Shown in pieces: positions 37,465-47,800 of a DNA stretch of 64,000 bases; positions within the stretch are counted from its first letter, which is position 1; each line of letters opens with the position of its first letter. The translations under genes and the position numbers were made by a program. This stretch comes from an uncultured virus (IMG/VR IMGVR_UViG_3300045131_001195) (Duplodnaviria; Heunggongvirae; Uroviricota; Caudoviricetes), in the IMG/VR virus record IMGVR_UViG_3300045131_001195, positions 1-64,000 of that record; one strand, 5' to 3'. Under the pieces are notes generated by a model that saw nothing but the letters and a program-made list of their open reading frames with translations, ran no database searches and was not told where the DNA came from.

Positions 37465-38340
37465 TATAACAAAATCCATATCAAACATTTCATCCAATGT
37501 GCTATACGGACACTCATGTACATTAAAATCAAACTGATAGTCAAACAAGTATGAACCAATTAATTGGTTCTTGTTTTTGGGCTGATTTGCAACAATATTA
37601 TTGTGCAAGTCATACCCAAAAACCTTGGGTGATGTTCCAATCCAAAACACAGTTGACCGCAAATTAATAGCAACTGCCGCATGTTGCAAAGAAGAATCTA
37701 TTAAAAATCTCTTGGACGAAACTGTCAATATACTAAACAACTCCATATTAGATAACTTAACATCAAGCCTCTCTGTATCATTCAAAACATAACCACCTTT
37801 CCTTGTTATATGGAATATATGGTGGCTGTCCTTGTACTTGTCAACAATCAATTGTGCAATATCTTGTGGCATATCCCTACACCAAGAATATATATTCTTT
37901 GATTCTAAATCACCACCAGATGTTTGTAATACCACCACTGGTTTATCCCTAAACCATTTCTTTGCATTAACCTTCTCTGCGTAATTTGGGAAAAGTTGGG
38001 GTATCTGATTGCTATACTCTATATTAAGCAAATCACACCAGTTACTTACCAGATGCTTCTCCTTATGTATATGACCCGTTTGATGATACGGCTCATGTCT
38101 AAAAACAAGAGTATCCTTGTTCTCTACAAAATCCTGGTAAAAGTAGGGGCAATTACCTAATGGATACACCCTATCAACATAAGGATTATTTAGAAAAACT
38201 TCAGGATATGATACAACCATTATAAGTTGTCTATCTGGATAAATTTCTTTTATTGTCTTTGGTAATGATGTAGCTGCAACATTCTTTCCTAATCCACCTT
38301 GAATGTGCCATACTAAAATTTTTTCTGTTGTTAAATCCAT
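37453..38340 (-). CDS. GT9-like (ADP-heptose transferase fold) glycosyltransferase
   Basis: GGLGKNVA, VFLNNPYVD, IDSSLQHAAVA, GTSPKVFGY; start taken at ATG 38340. Confidence 0.75.
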   Translation of the reverse strand: MDLTTEKILVWHIQGGLGKNVAATSLPKTIKEIYPDRQLIMVVSYPEVFLNNPYVDRVYPLGNCPYFYQDFVENKDTLVFRHEPYHQTGHIHKEKHLVSNWCDLLNIEYSNQIPQLFPNYAEKVNAKKWFRDKPVVVLQTSGGDLESKNIYSWCRDMPQDIAQLIVDKYKDSHHIFHITRKGGYVLNDTERLDVKLSNMELFSILTVSSKRFLIDSSLQHAAVAINLRSTVFWIGTSPKVFGYDLHNNIVANQPKNKNQLIGSYLFDYQFDFNVHECPYSTLDEMFDMDFVISNI

Positions 38341-38411
38341 TAATTTTTTATTTATAGGTTTTATAATTATAAGACGCAATCTACTATTGTGTATGATGAT
38401 TTTTAAAACAT

Positions 38412-39356
38412 TTATAAAATAATGTCTCTTATTATTAAAATATCTCCATCATATTCTTCTGTACAAGATCCTGATGGAGTTCCTCCAAAAGCAAGCCCTA
38501 CGCTTTGTGTTCCTGCTCCTGCTAAAGAACACCTTGCTATTAATAATGCTCCGCGTGATGACCAAGATGTGCCATTATATTCTTCTGTACAAGATTTTGG
38601 AGAATAACTAGCAGCACCACCAAAAGCAAGTCCTGCATTCTGTGAGCCTGCTCCTGCTAAAGAACCCCTTCCTTCTATCAATGCACCTCCTGTTGTCCAA
38701 GTTGTGCCATTGTATTCTTCTGTATAAGATGTTGGTCCATAACCACCACCTCCTAATGCAAGTCCTGCATTTTGTGTTCCTACTCCTGCTAAAGAACTCC
38801 TTGCTTCTATCAATGCACCGCCTGATGACCACGATATACCATCATATTCTTCTGTACAAGATATTGGAGAATAACCACCGCCCCCCATAGCAAGTCCTGC
38901 ATTCTGTGTTCCTACTCCTGCTAAAGAACTCCTTGCTTCTATCAATGCACCCCCTGCTGACCAAGCCGTACCATTATATTCTTCGGTACATGAACCTGAA
39001 TAACTACCACCAAAAGCAAGTCCTGCGTTTTCTGTTCCTGCTCCTGCTAAAAAATGTCTTGCTGTTATTAATGCACCCCCTGCTGACCAACTTGTGCCAT
39101 TATATTCTTCTGTACATGATAAACCTTCATTACAATATCCTCCAAAAGCAAGTCCTTCATTCTGTGTTCCTGCTCCTGCTAAACCAAGTCTTGCTGTTAT
39201 CAATGCACCTCCTGCAGACCAGGATCCTAAAAAAGTGCAATATGATGCCATTGATTTCAAATTTGTTGTATCAAACCATAAACATACAGTATCAGTGCAT
39301 ATTACTGCTGGTCTATTTGCAACTCCTATTATTTCTGTACTTTGTAATTTTGCCAT
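38412..39356 (-). CDS. Six-bladed Kelch-like beta-propeller, paralog 3
   Basis: Six LAGAGTQNAGLAFGG..CTEEYNGTSW repeats; MAKLQSTEIIGVANRPA leader. Confidence 0.85.
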   Translation of the reverse strand: MAKLQSTEIIGVANRPAVICTDTVCLWFDTTNLKSMASYCTFLGSWSAGGALITARLGLAGAGTQNEGLAFGGYCNEGLSCTEEYNGTSWSAGGALITARHFLAGAGTENAGLAFGGSYSGSCTEEYNGTAWSAGGALIEARSSLAGVGTQNAGLAMGGGGYSPISCTEEYDGISWSSGGALIEARSSLAGVGTQNAGLALGGGGYGPTSYTEEYNGTTWTTGGALIEGRGSLAGAGSQNAGLAFGGAASYSPKSCTEEYNGTSWSSRGALLIARCSLAGAGTQSVGLAFGGTPSGSCTEEYDGDILIIRDIIL

Positions 39357-39357
39357 A

Positions 39358-40305
39358 TTATCGTATTGAATCTACTATTGTTATTGTTTTAGTGTACTCT
39401 TCTGTACAAGAAACTCCATTATTCATATACCCACCTATAGCAAGTCCTGCGCTTTGTGTTCCTGCACCTGCTAGTGTGTGCCTTGCTACTATCATTGCCC
39501 CACCTACTGACCAAGATGCGCCATCATATTCTTCTGTACAAGAAACACCAGTATTTGTTACTATGCCTCCTATAAAAAGTCCTTCATTCTGTGTTCCTGT
39601 CCCTGTACCTTCTCTTCCTATTATCAATGCACCACCTGTTAACCAAGTTGTGCCGTTGTATTCTTCAGTGCAATCACCATTTGGAAATGTTCCCCCAAAA
39701 GCAAGTCCTGCATTCTGTGTTCCTGCTCCTGCTAAATTATGTCTTGAACTAATCAATGCGCCACCTGTTGACCAAGATGTACCATTGTACTCTTCAGTGC
39801 AGGTACTACTATTATTTACAAAACCTCCAAATGCAAGTCCTGCGTCCTGTGTACCTGCACTTGCTGGTCCAAACCTCGCTATTATCAATGCTCCGCCTGC
39901 TAACCAAGATGTCCCATCGTATTCTTCTGTACAAGAAAGAGCGCCCGGATTACGGCCTCCAAACACAAGTCCTACACTCTGTGTCCCTGCTCCTCCTAAC
40001 CGATATCTTGCTATTGATAATGCTCCGCCTGCTGACCATGATGTACCATCGTATTCTTCCGTGCAAGAAAGAATACTACCATTATACCCGCCTATAGCAA
40101 GTCCTGCATTCTGCGTCCCTGCTCCTGCTAAATAACCTCTTGCTGTTATCAATGCATTCCCTGCCGACCAGGATCCTGAAAAACCGGAATATGAGAAAAC
40201 TAACTGTTTAATTGTTGTATTAAACCATAAACATACAGTATCAGCGCATATTACTGCTGGTCTATTTGCAACTCCTATTATTTCTGTACTTTGTAATTTT
40301 GCCAT
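39358..40305 (-). CDS. Six-bladed Kelch-like beta-propeller, paralog 2
   Basis: Same leader, six repeats. Confidence 0.85.
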   Translation of the reverse strand: MAKLQSTEIIGVANRPAVICADTVCLWFNTTIKQLVFSYSGFSGSWSAGNALITARGYLAGAGTQNAGLAIGGYNGSILSCTEEYDGTSWSAGGALSIARYRLGGAGTQSVGLVFGGRNPGALSCTEEYDGTSWLAGGALIIARFGPASAGTQDAGLAFGGFVNNSSTCTEEYNGTSWSTGGALISSRHNLAGAGTQNAGLAFGGTFPNGDCTEEYNGTTWLTGGALIIGREGTGTGTQNEGLFIGGIVTNTGVSCTEEYDGASWSVGGAMIVARHTLAGAGTQSAGLAIGGYMNNGVSCTEEYTKTITIVDSIR

Positions 40306-40306
40306 A

Positions 40307-41257
40307 TTATCGTATTGAATCTATTATTGCGATTGTTTTAATGTATTCTTCTGTACAAGAAACACATGAACCATTATACCCACCCATAGCAAGTCCTGCA
40401 CTTTGCGTCCCTGCTCCTGCTAAAGAACATCTCACTGATAATAATTTGCCGCCTGCCACCCAAGAACTGCCGTTATATTCTTGTGTATCAGGCACAGCAA
40501 AAGAGTTACCACCAAAAGCAAGTCCTGCATTCTGTGTTCCTGCTCCTGCTAAGCCACATTTTGCTGTTATCAACGCACCTCCTGCTGACCAAGATGTACC
40601 ATTGTATTCTTCTGTGCAAGATCCTGATGGAGTTCCTCCAAAAGCAAGTCCTGCATTCTGTGTTCCTGCTCCTGCTAAAGAACTCCTTGCTTCTATCAAT
40701 GCACCTCCTGTTGCCCAAGTTGTACCATCATATTCTTCTGTGCAAGATGATGGAGAATAACTAGCATAACCTCCTAATGCAAGTCCTGCATTTTGTGTTC
40801 CTACTCCTGCTAAAGAACTCCTTGCTTCTATCAATGCACCGCCTGATGACCACGATGTGCCATTATATTCTTCTGTACAAGATATTGGAGAATAACTAGC
40901 GCCTCCCCCAAAAGCAAGTCCTTCATTCTGTGTTCCTGCTCCTGCTAAACCAAGTCTTGCTATTGATAATGCACCACCTGCTGACCAAGATGCACCATCG
41001 TATTCTTCTGTACAAGATTTTGGAGAAAAACTAGCAAAGCCTCCAAACACAAGACCTGCATCTTGCGTTCCTGCTCCTGCTAAACCACATCTTGCTGTTA
41101 TCATTGCGCCACCTACTGACCAAGGAGGACTATATCCACAATATGAAATGACTGGTTTTAAATTAACTGTATCAAACCAAATGCACATCGTATTTGAACA
41201 TATTGTTGCAGGTCTATTTGCAACTCCTATTATTTCTGTACTTTGTAATTTTGCCAT
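40307..41257 (-). CDS. Six-bladed Kelch-like beta-propeller, paralog 1
   Basis: Same leader, six repeats; TATTTAT upstream. Confidence 0.85.
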   Translation of the reverse strand: MAKLQSTEIIGVANRPATICSNTMCIWFDTVNLKPVISYCGYSPPWSVGGAMITARCGLAGAGTQDAGLVFGGFASFSPKSCTEEYDGASWSAGGALSIARLGLAGAGTQNEGLAFGGGASYSPISCTEEYNGTSWSSGGALIEARSSLAGVGTQNAGLALGGYASYSPSSCTEEYDGTTWATGGALIEARSSLAGAGTQNAGLAFGGTPSGSCTEEYNGTSWSAGGALITAKCGLAGAGTQNAGLAFGGNSFAVPDTQEYNGSSWVAGGKLLSVRCSLAGAGTQSAGLAMGGYNGSCVSCTEEYIKTIAIIDSIR

Positions 41258-41291
41258 ATTCTTTTTTTATTATAAATATCATCTCCTAACT

Positions 41292-42110
41292 TTATTTATA
41301 CCCAAAGAAATCATTGTACCACTTATAGGATGTCTTTATGGAATCAACTGTATATTGACCTAGCACATTTTTTGAATCATTTGGTAACATATTCAAACTA
41401 TTCCTTATAATATGATCACCATATATCCCATGTATTGCATCATTTTCTACTGTGACTTGACTTATATGTTGAAAATTATGTTTGAAATCATCTACTTCTA
41501 AATATTTATAAATGTTTCTCATCACCATTTCTGGATTACTGCATAGGTCTTCATATTTAATGAATAGAAAGTTCTTTGCTGTACCATCCAATAATGTTTG
41601 TTGTAATTTTTCCAATGAATAACCTACAGGAACTGTTTGCGCCCATAGTTCAACTCTCTTATGTGTTGTTGTCCCTTTCATTTTGATATTATCCATTGTG
41701 CCATCATCTTTATCAGGATTCATTCTAAACTTCTTCTCCATTGATGCAAATATGGATGGTAAATCCCTAACCATATATATTACTTTTGGATTTTCTACCA
41801 CATTTGATAATAGGTTATAATAAAACGCCCATACCCTATTCTTATCCAAATAATATGGTTTTGATGTTTGTGATGAAACATATGCTTTTATACCTTCTTT
41901 ACAGAAATTATAGAAACCCTCTTTCCACATTTCTGTATCACCAGCCTTTGATTCATGGTTTTGATTGTATCCTATTCTTGCTCCTAACATCAAATCAATT
42001 AGACCTGATGTTGGTGTTACATGAAATTCAGGATTTTGTCCCATTATGTTTTGTAATAAAGTGCTACCACTCCTTGGTAACGTTGAATTAAAAAATATCT
42101 TTTGTTTCAT
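41292..42110 (-). CDS. PAPS-dependent sulfotransferase
   Basis: 5'PSB LPRSGSTLL, 3'PB VRDLPSIFAS, IKYEDL. Confidence 0.9.
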   Translation of the reverse strand: MKQKIFFNSTLPRSGSTLLQNIMGQNPEFHVTPTSGLIDLMLGARIGYNQNHESKAGDTEMWKEGFYNFCKEGIKAYVSSQTSKPYYLDKNRVWAFYYNLLSNVVENPKVIYMVRDLPSIFASMEKKFRMNPDKDDGTMDNIKMKGTTTHKRVELWAQTVPVGYSLEKLQQTLLDGTAKNFLFIKYEDLCSNPEMVMRNIYKYLEVDDFKHNFQHISQVTVENDAIHGIYGDHIIRNSLNMLPNDSKNVLGQYTVDSIKTSYKWYNDFFGYK

Positions 42111-42745
42111 TTGTATCTTCCAAATATAATTTCTGAAATGGTTTCTTTATCACCTAATGTGCCTTTTGTTAAAGCATTGACACCTAATGCTTTTCTCACC
42201 CTATTTGTATTGTTTGGTGGAACACCATGTGTTAACCAAGAGGGGAATATTAAAAAATCATTTTTCTTTGGTTTATAATATATCTCCTCTTGTGAGAATG
42301 AATGATTTTGATAATCATCTAGTAATGATGGCTCAAAGTATGATCTATTAAATGATTTAACATCTTTTGAAAAACAAATGGCAGCATCATCCTCTTGTGC
42401 ATCATAATAAAAAACACCAGCCAATAAGGTGTTTGGATGGGTATGTGCTTTATGGAATTGTTTTGGTGCTTTATATGTCAACCAGGATTGTGCAAATTGC
42501 AAATCCTCATATCTATATCTCATTACATTTGTTGCAAAATCTTTAAAGGATTCCATAAAAAACTTATTCACCTCATCACATATTGGATTATCCAATATAT
42601 AACTATTGTTTGAAATCATACCATACCCTGCTTTGGTGTCTTGCATTTCATTCCTATCAAAATATTCAATAACCTCTTTTAAATCACCCTCATAATTTGC
42701 CACATATAAAGGTGTTGGGAATATTGCAAATACTTGTGCTTTCAT
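42107..42745 (-). CDS. 2OG-Fe(II) oxygenase (TIGR02466-like)
   Basis: IFPTP, HTHPNTLLAGVFY, IFPSWLTHGV, R. Confidence 0.85.
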   Translation of the reverse strand: MKAQVFAIFPTPLYVANYEGDLKEVIEYFDRNEMQDTKAGYGMISNNSYILDNPICDEVNKFFMESFKDFATNVMRYRYEDLQFAQSWLTYKAPKQFHKAHTHPNTLLAGVFYYDAQEDDAAICFSKDVKSFNRSYFEPSLLDDYQNHSFSQEEIYYKPKKNDFLIFPSWLTHGVPPNNTNRVRKALGVNALTKGTLGDKETISEIIFGRYK

Positions 42746-43344
42746 ATTTTCTTCTTGTCTTGTATAAAATTAAATGCAATTGATATTCTCTCACCATCTG
42801 AATAGTTTGATTCAACATGATGTCTAACCCAACTAGGAAAAATGTAAAATAAAGATTCAATGGGCTTCTTTACTGCAACAAAAGAATTTGTCTTTGTGCT
42901 AACCCTCTCAACATCTGACTTCAAAAAATATTCTGCTGTATCACCTCTATGTAATACCAAGTCTCCCATATTATCATATGGAACAGAAACATAATATACA
43001 CCAGATAATATACTATTTTGATGGTCATGCAAAAGATTGTATGACCCATTGGTGTTTATGTTAACCCAAAAATTACCCAATTTTAAGTTTCCCACACCTA
43101 GATGTTTGTAGCATTGTTCATTAGCAAATAATTCAAGATTATTAAATAATGACATTAATTCATTTGGTAATGGTAAAACAATCTCACTACTATGCCAACC
43201 ACCTCTATTTGAGATGAATGCACCTTTTGTGTTATCCCTTAACCACAAACAATAATCCTTTATTTCATTATTATCAATGTTCTTAACTTCTGCCTCCCAT
43301 ATAGGTGTGGAAAACCATGTCTCCTCATGTATAGAAAAATCCAT
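42742..43344 (-). CDS. 2OG-Fe(II) oxygenase (TIGR02466-like)
   Basis: SNRGGWHS, HDHQNSILSGVYY, FPSWVRHHV, RISIAFN. Confidence 0.9.
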   Translation of the reverse strand: MDFSIHEETWFSTPIWEAEVKNIDNNEIKDYCLWLRDNTKGAFISNRGGWHSSEIVLPLPNELMSLFNNLELFANEQCYKHLGVGNLKLGNFWVNINTNGSYNLLHDHQNSILSGVYYVSVPYDNMGDLVLHRGDTAEYFLKSDVERVSTKTNSFVAVKKPIESLFYIFPSWVRHHVESNYSDGERISIAFNFIQDKKKI

Positions 43345-43347
43345 AAA

Positions 43348-43932
43348 TTAATTCTTTATATGTGTGAACCACCCAGTTAGGATGTATTTAGTTTCAGTAG
43401 GTGATGGAACACCTCTATGCAAATGAGACCAATCTGATGGCCAAATGACAAGTTTCCCTCTCTCTGGTCTTTCAAAGTGTTGCTGATAAAAAAATTCAGT
43501 TTCACCTCTATCTGTCAAAGTATTTAAATAAACCATCCAAACCAATAATCTGTCAGAATGCTTTATACCAGCTCTCTCACAATGCCAACCAAAAAACCCT
43601 TCATTTGGTTCATATTTTTGCATATTAAAATATGTATATAAATCAATAGGATCCATTTTTGACATTGCAGTTGAATGCCTATTTAAATAATCTAACACAC
43701 CAGTTTTAACTGAAACAATAACATCCTCCAATAATAAAGACCAAGGTTCTTTATTCATAAAAGAGGGATCAAATGTGATGTCGGTTGATTTCTTATCACT
43801 ATCAGATGAAATACCCTCTGGGCCATAAAGAACACCTGGTTGTTTTAAATCAGATTCTTCAAAAGCCTTTATTAAATTAAGGCAAACATTTCCTGATAGT
43901 GCATTGTTTTTTGTGTAAATAAAATTAGTCAT
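43348..43932 (-). CDS. 2OG-Fe(II) oxygenase (prolyl-hydroxylase-like)
   Basis: WHCE, WMVYLN, GETEF, HLHRG, KYILTGW. Confidence 0.9.
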   Translation of the reverse strand: MTNFIYTKNNALSGNVCLNLIKAFEESDLKQPGVLYGPEGISSDSDKKSTDITFDPSFMNKEPWSLLLEDVIVSVKTGVLDYLNRHSTAMSKMDPIDLYTYFNMQKYEPNEGFFGWHCERAGIKHSDRLLVWMVYLNTLTDRGETEFFYQQHFERPERGKLVIWPSDWSHLHRGVPSPTETKYILTGWFTHIKN

Positions 43933-43935
43933 AAA

Positions 43936-44616
43936 TTAATTTAATTTCTTCTTGTCTTCTGGAACTTCTCCTAAAAAATTTAATAATGTACCTTCCTCAT
44001 TCTTCATTCTATTGAATGATAAATATGGACCCATAGCATTCATTATTTCTCCTGGAGCTGATGCATCATTTAATGATTTAACCCTATTCTCAAAATACCT
44101 GTGAAGCGATTCTGCTTGATGAGTATTAACATTTTTAGTGTCAAAAGTTTCGTTGTCTAATTCAGATTTAATCTTACTCCACGTACTTAACTCTCTAACT
44201 CTATCCTTGGAAACTTGCAACATACAATTTCTATCATAGATGTTGCGGTCCAAATCAATGTTTGCTTCCATAATATCAAATCTATTAAGTTCTTCATCCT
44301 CTAACAAATCTTGAACCTTCTTATCAAGTCTTAATTTATCAACTGTGTTTTTTCTTAAATCAAAACTTAAATTCATTAAGGCATCAAAATGTGCTGACAT
44401 TTCCCTAACTGATTGCCAATACTTTGAAGCATTTGTTGGATGTTTGGCATCATTTAGAACCGAAACTCTCATTTCGGTTTCAGTTCTAAATATTTGTTTT
44501 TTTTGCCAATTATCCATTAATTCATCTTTTAATGATAAAATGGTTTGTGCGTCCTCATCATTTAAAACACTAATAATTTCTCTTAAATCTTCTGTGATTT
44601 GCAATTCTTTATTCAT
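43936..44616 (-). CDS. Conserved hypothetical coiled-coil protein (FRTETEMR motif)
   Basis: KKQIFRTETEMRVSVLND...ASKYWQSVRE. Confidence 0.75.
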   Translation of the reverse strand: MNKELQITEDLREIISVLNDEDAQTILSLKDELMDNWQKKQIFRTETEMRVSVLNDAKHPTNASKYWQSVREMSAHFDALMNLSFDLRKNTVDKLRLDKKVQDLLEDEELNRFDIMEANIDLDRNIYDRNCMLQVSKDRVRELSTWSKIKSELDNETFDTKNVNTHQAESLHRYFENRVKSLNDASAPGEIMNAMGPYLSFNRMKNEEGTLLNFLGEVPEDKKKLN

Positions 44617-44627
44617 GTACTTTTTTT

Positions 44628-44870
44628 TTAAGGTAAAATTATTGGTGGTGGAGTTGTGCTATTAGGTGGTGTATATGAAGATGCAACAGCAGCATCAACA
44701 ATTACTTGAGCCTGCTCTTTTGTCTTTTCAACAGCACTCACTCTTTGTGCCCATGTTGTGTTTTCTGTAACCCAAATGTTGCCAGGATAACCAGCAATAT
44801 GTGCAGTTTCATTTTCTTGGTGGGTAATAAACCCATGTCCATAATTTTCTACTTGATAATACTTTTTCAT
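44628..44870 (-). CDS. Small hypothetical protein, first gene of the modification operon
   Basis: 80-aa ORF with upstream TATTTAT (44887-44893). Confidence 0.7.
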   Translation of the reverse strand: MKKYYQVENYGHGFITHQENETAHIAGYPGNIWVTENTTWAQRVSAVEKTKEQAQVIVDAAVASSYTPPNSTTPPPIILP

Positions 44871-44898
44871 GTTTTTTTGATTTAATATAAATATAGTA

Positions 44899-47800
44899 TT
44901 ATTTTTCTAATACTTCAATCCTTTTTGTTAAATTTTCAATTTGTTTATTCTGTATTTTTATTGCTTCAATTAATATTGCTGTTATTCTTGAATATGAGAC
45001 AGATGCTGGTTTACCTTCATAATCTTTTATTACCACTTGTGGTAGCACTTTATCTACTTCCTCTGCAATTAAACCAATTTCTTTTATAGAATTACCTATT
45101 TTGTTATATTCTACTCCTCTTAATTTTTTCACAATCTCTAAAGGATTACTAATTTCTTCTATATTTTCTTTTACTTTTTCTGTTGATGTTTCTGTTATAG
45201 TTCCTGTAACAGTTAAAACACTACCATCAAAAGTTAAGTTGGCTTCAGCATTTATTGACGTTGATGATACTGAGGTTAATACCCTATTATCAACTGGGTT
45301 TGTATATGATGTTATTCCAGCATTAGAACCACTTGTTCCAGACGAACCACTTGTTCCAGATGCACCTGATGTGCCACTACTTCCTGCTGCACCACTTGTT
45401 CCTGAACTTCCACTTGCACCTGGTGTTCCTGTACCTGAACTATCAATCAAAACTATTGGTGCTGAGTATTCTTCGGTGCAAGTTAATGATCCATAACCAC
45501 CTCCTGCTGCAAGCGCTGCATTCTGTATTCCTGCTCCAGCCAAATTTTGTCTTCCTGTTATCAGTGCACCTCCTGCTGACCATAATGTGCCATTGTATTC
45601 TTCTGTGCAAGATCCTGATGGAGTTCCTCCAAATGCAAGTCCTGCGTTTTGTGTTCCTGCTCCTGCTAATAATCTTCTTGCAACTATTAATACACCACCT
45701 GCTGACCAAGATGTACCATTATATTCTTCTGTGCAAGATAAAGGACCATTACCTCCAAATGCAAGTCCTGCATTCTGTGATCCTGCTCCTGCTAAACCAC
45801 ATCTTGCTGTTGCTAATGCACCTCCTTCTGACCAAGATGTACCATTGTATTCTTCTGTGCAAGACGTTATTGGATAAGTACCTCCTGCTGCAAGCGCTGC
45901 ATTCTGTGTTCCTGCTCCTGCTAAAAATCGTCTTGCTGTTGCTAATGCACCTCCTGCTGACCAAGATGTACCATTATATTCTTCTGTGCAAGAACCATAT
46001 GAACTATGTCCACCAAAAGCAAGTCCTACATTTTGTGTTCCTGCTCCTGCTAAACCACATCTTGCTGTTGCTAATGCACCACCTGTTGACCAAGATGTGC
46101 CATTATATTCTTCAGTGCAAGATACAGGACCAGTACCTCCAAATACAAGTCCTTCATTCTGTGTTCCTGCTCCTGCAAATTGCTGGTTTCCTGTTATCAA
46201 TGCACCCCCTGCTGACCATGAAGCTGCTCCACTATACCCACAATAAGAAACCATTGGCTCTAAATTTACTGTGTCAAACCAAAAACACATTGAATTTGCA
46301 TCTATTGGTGATGGTGTTGATGCTGATGAGGTAATAAAGGCTGATGTTCCACTTGTTCCATTGATACCAAAAAGAATACCACCGCCAAATAATTTTAATA
46401 TGTATGTTGATGTTGGTGCTGGGTTTTCTGAGTCAATTGTTAATTGATTTCCAGCAATGGTATAATCATCACCATATTGTTGTAATTGACCATTAACAAA
46501 GAATAAACTAGCCTCTTGGTCAATTTCTTGAGAAATGGTAAATGTTCTATTTGACCCATTTGTTGCACCTGAAATAGATAATTCTACTATTGATGGACTT
46601 GTTCCACTTGTTCCTGCTGTTCCACTTGTACCTGAACTTCCGCTTGTTCCAGATGAACCACTTGTTCCTGAACTTCCACTTGTTCCTGAACTTCCGCTTG
46701 TTCCAGATGAGCCACTTGTTCCTGAACTTCCACTTGTTCCAGATGAGCCACTTGTTCCATCAGTACCACTTGTTCCAGATGAACCACTTGTTCCTGAACT
46801 TCCGCTTGTTCCAGATGAACCACTTGTACCTGATGAACCGCTTGTTCCAGATGAGCCACTTGTTCCAGATGAGCCACTTGTTCCTGAACTTCCACTTGTT
46901 CCAGATGAGCCACTTGTTCCATCAGTACCACTTGTTCCAGATGAACCACTTGTTCCTGAACTTCCGCTTGTACCTGATGAACCGCTTGTTCCAGATGAGC
47001 CACTTGTTCCAGATGAGCCACTTGTTCCAGATGAGCCACTTGTTCCATCAGTACCACTTGTTCCAGATGAACCACTTGTTCCTGAACTTCCGCTTGTTCC
47101 AGATGAACCACTTGTTCCTGAACTTCCGCTTGTTCCAGATGAACCACTTGTTCCTGAACTTCCGCTTGTTCCAGATGAACCACTTGTACCTGATGAACCG
47201 CTTGTTCCAGATGAGCCACTTGTTCCAGATGAGCCACTTGTTCCTGAACTTCCACTTGTACCTGAACTTCCGCTTGTTCCTGAACTTCCGCTTGTTCCAG
47301 ATGAGCCACTTGTTCCTGATGAGCCACTTGTTCCTGAACTTCCGCTTGTACCTGATGAACCGCTTGTACCTGATGAGCCACTTGTTCCTGAACTTCCACT
47401 TGTTCCTGAACTTCCACTTGTACCTGAACTTCCGCTTGTTCCAGATGAGCCACTTGTACCTGATGAGCCACTTGTTCCTGAACTTCCACTTGTTCCTGAA
47501 CTTCCACTTGTTCCTGAACTTCCACTTGTTCCTGAACTTCCGCTTGTTCCAGATGAGCCACTTGTACCTGATGAGCCACTTGTACCTGATGAGCCACTTG
47601 TTCCTGAACTTCCACTTGTTCCTGAACTTCCACTTGTTCCTGAACTTCCACTTGTTCCTGAACTTCCACTTGTTCCTGAACTTCCGCTTGTTCCAGATGA
47701 ACCACTTGTACCTGATGAACCGCTTGTTCCAGATGAGCCACTTGTACCTGATGAACCACTTGTTCCTGAACTTCCACTTGTTCCAGAACTTCCACTTGTA

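Noticed and set aside
38412..41257. CRISPR-like array (conserved repeats with variable spacers)
   Set aside because: The repeats are in-frame, degenerate at third codon positions and encode Kelch blades. The PD-(D/E)XK nuclease has no cas neighbours.
38422..46334. Plus-strand ORFs over the Kelch genes (e.g. 38906..40135, 45333..46334)
   Set aside because: Antisense shadows of repetitive coding sequence, with no independent motifs.
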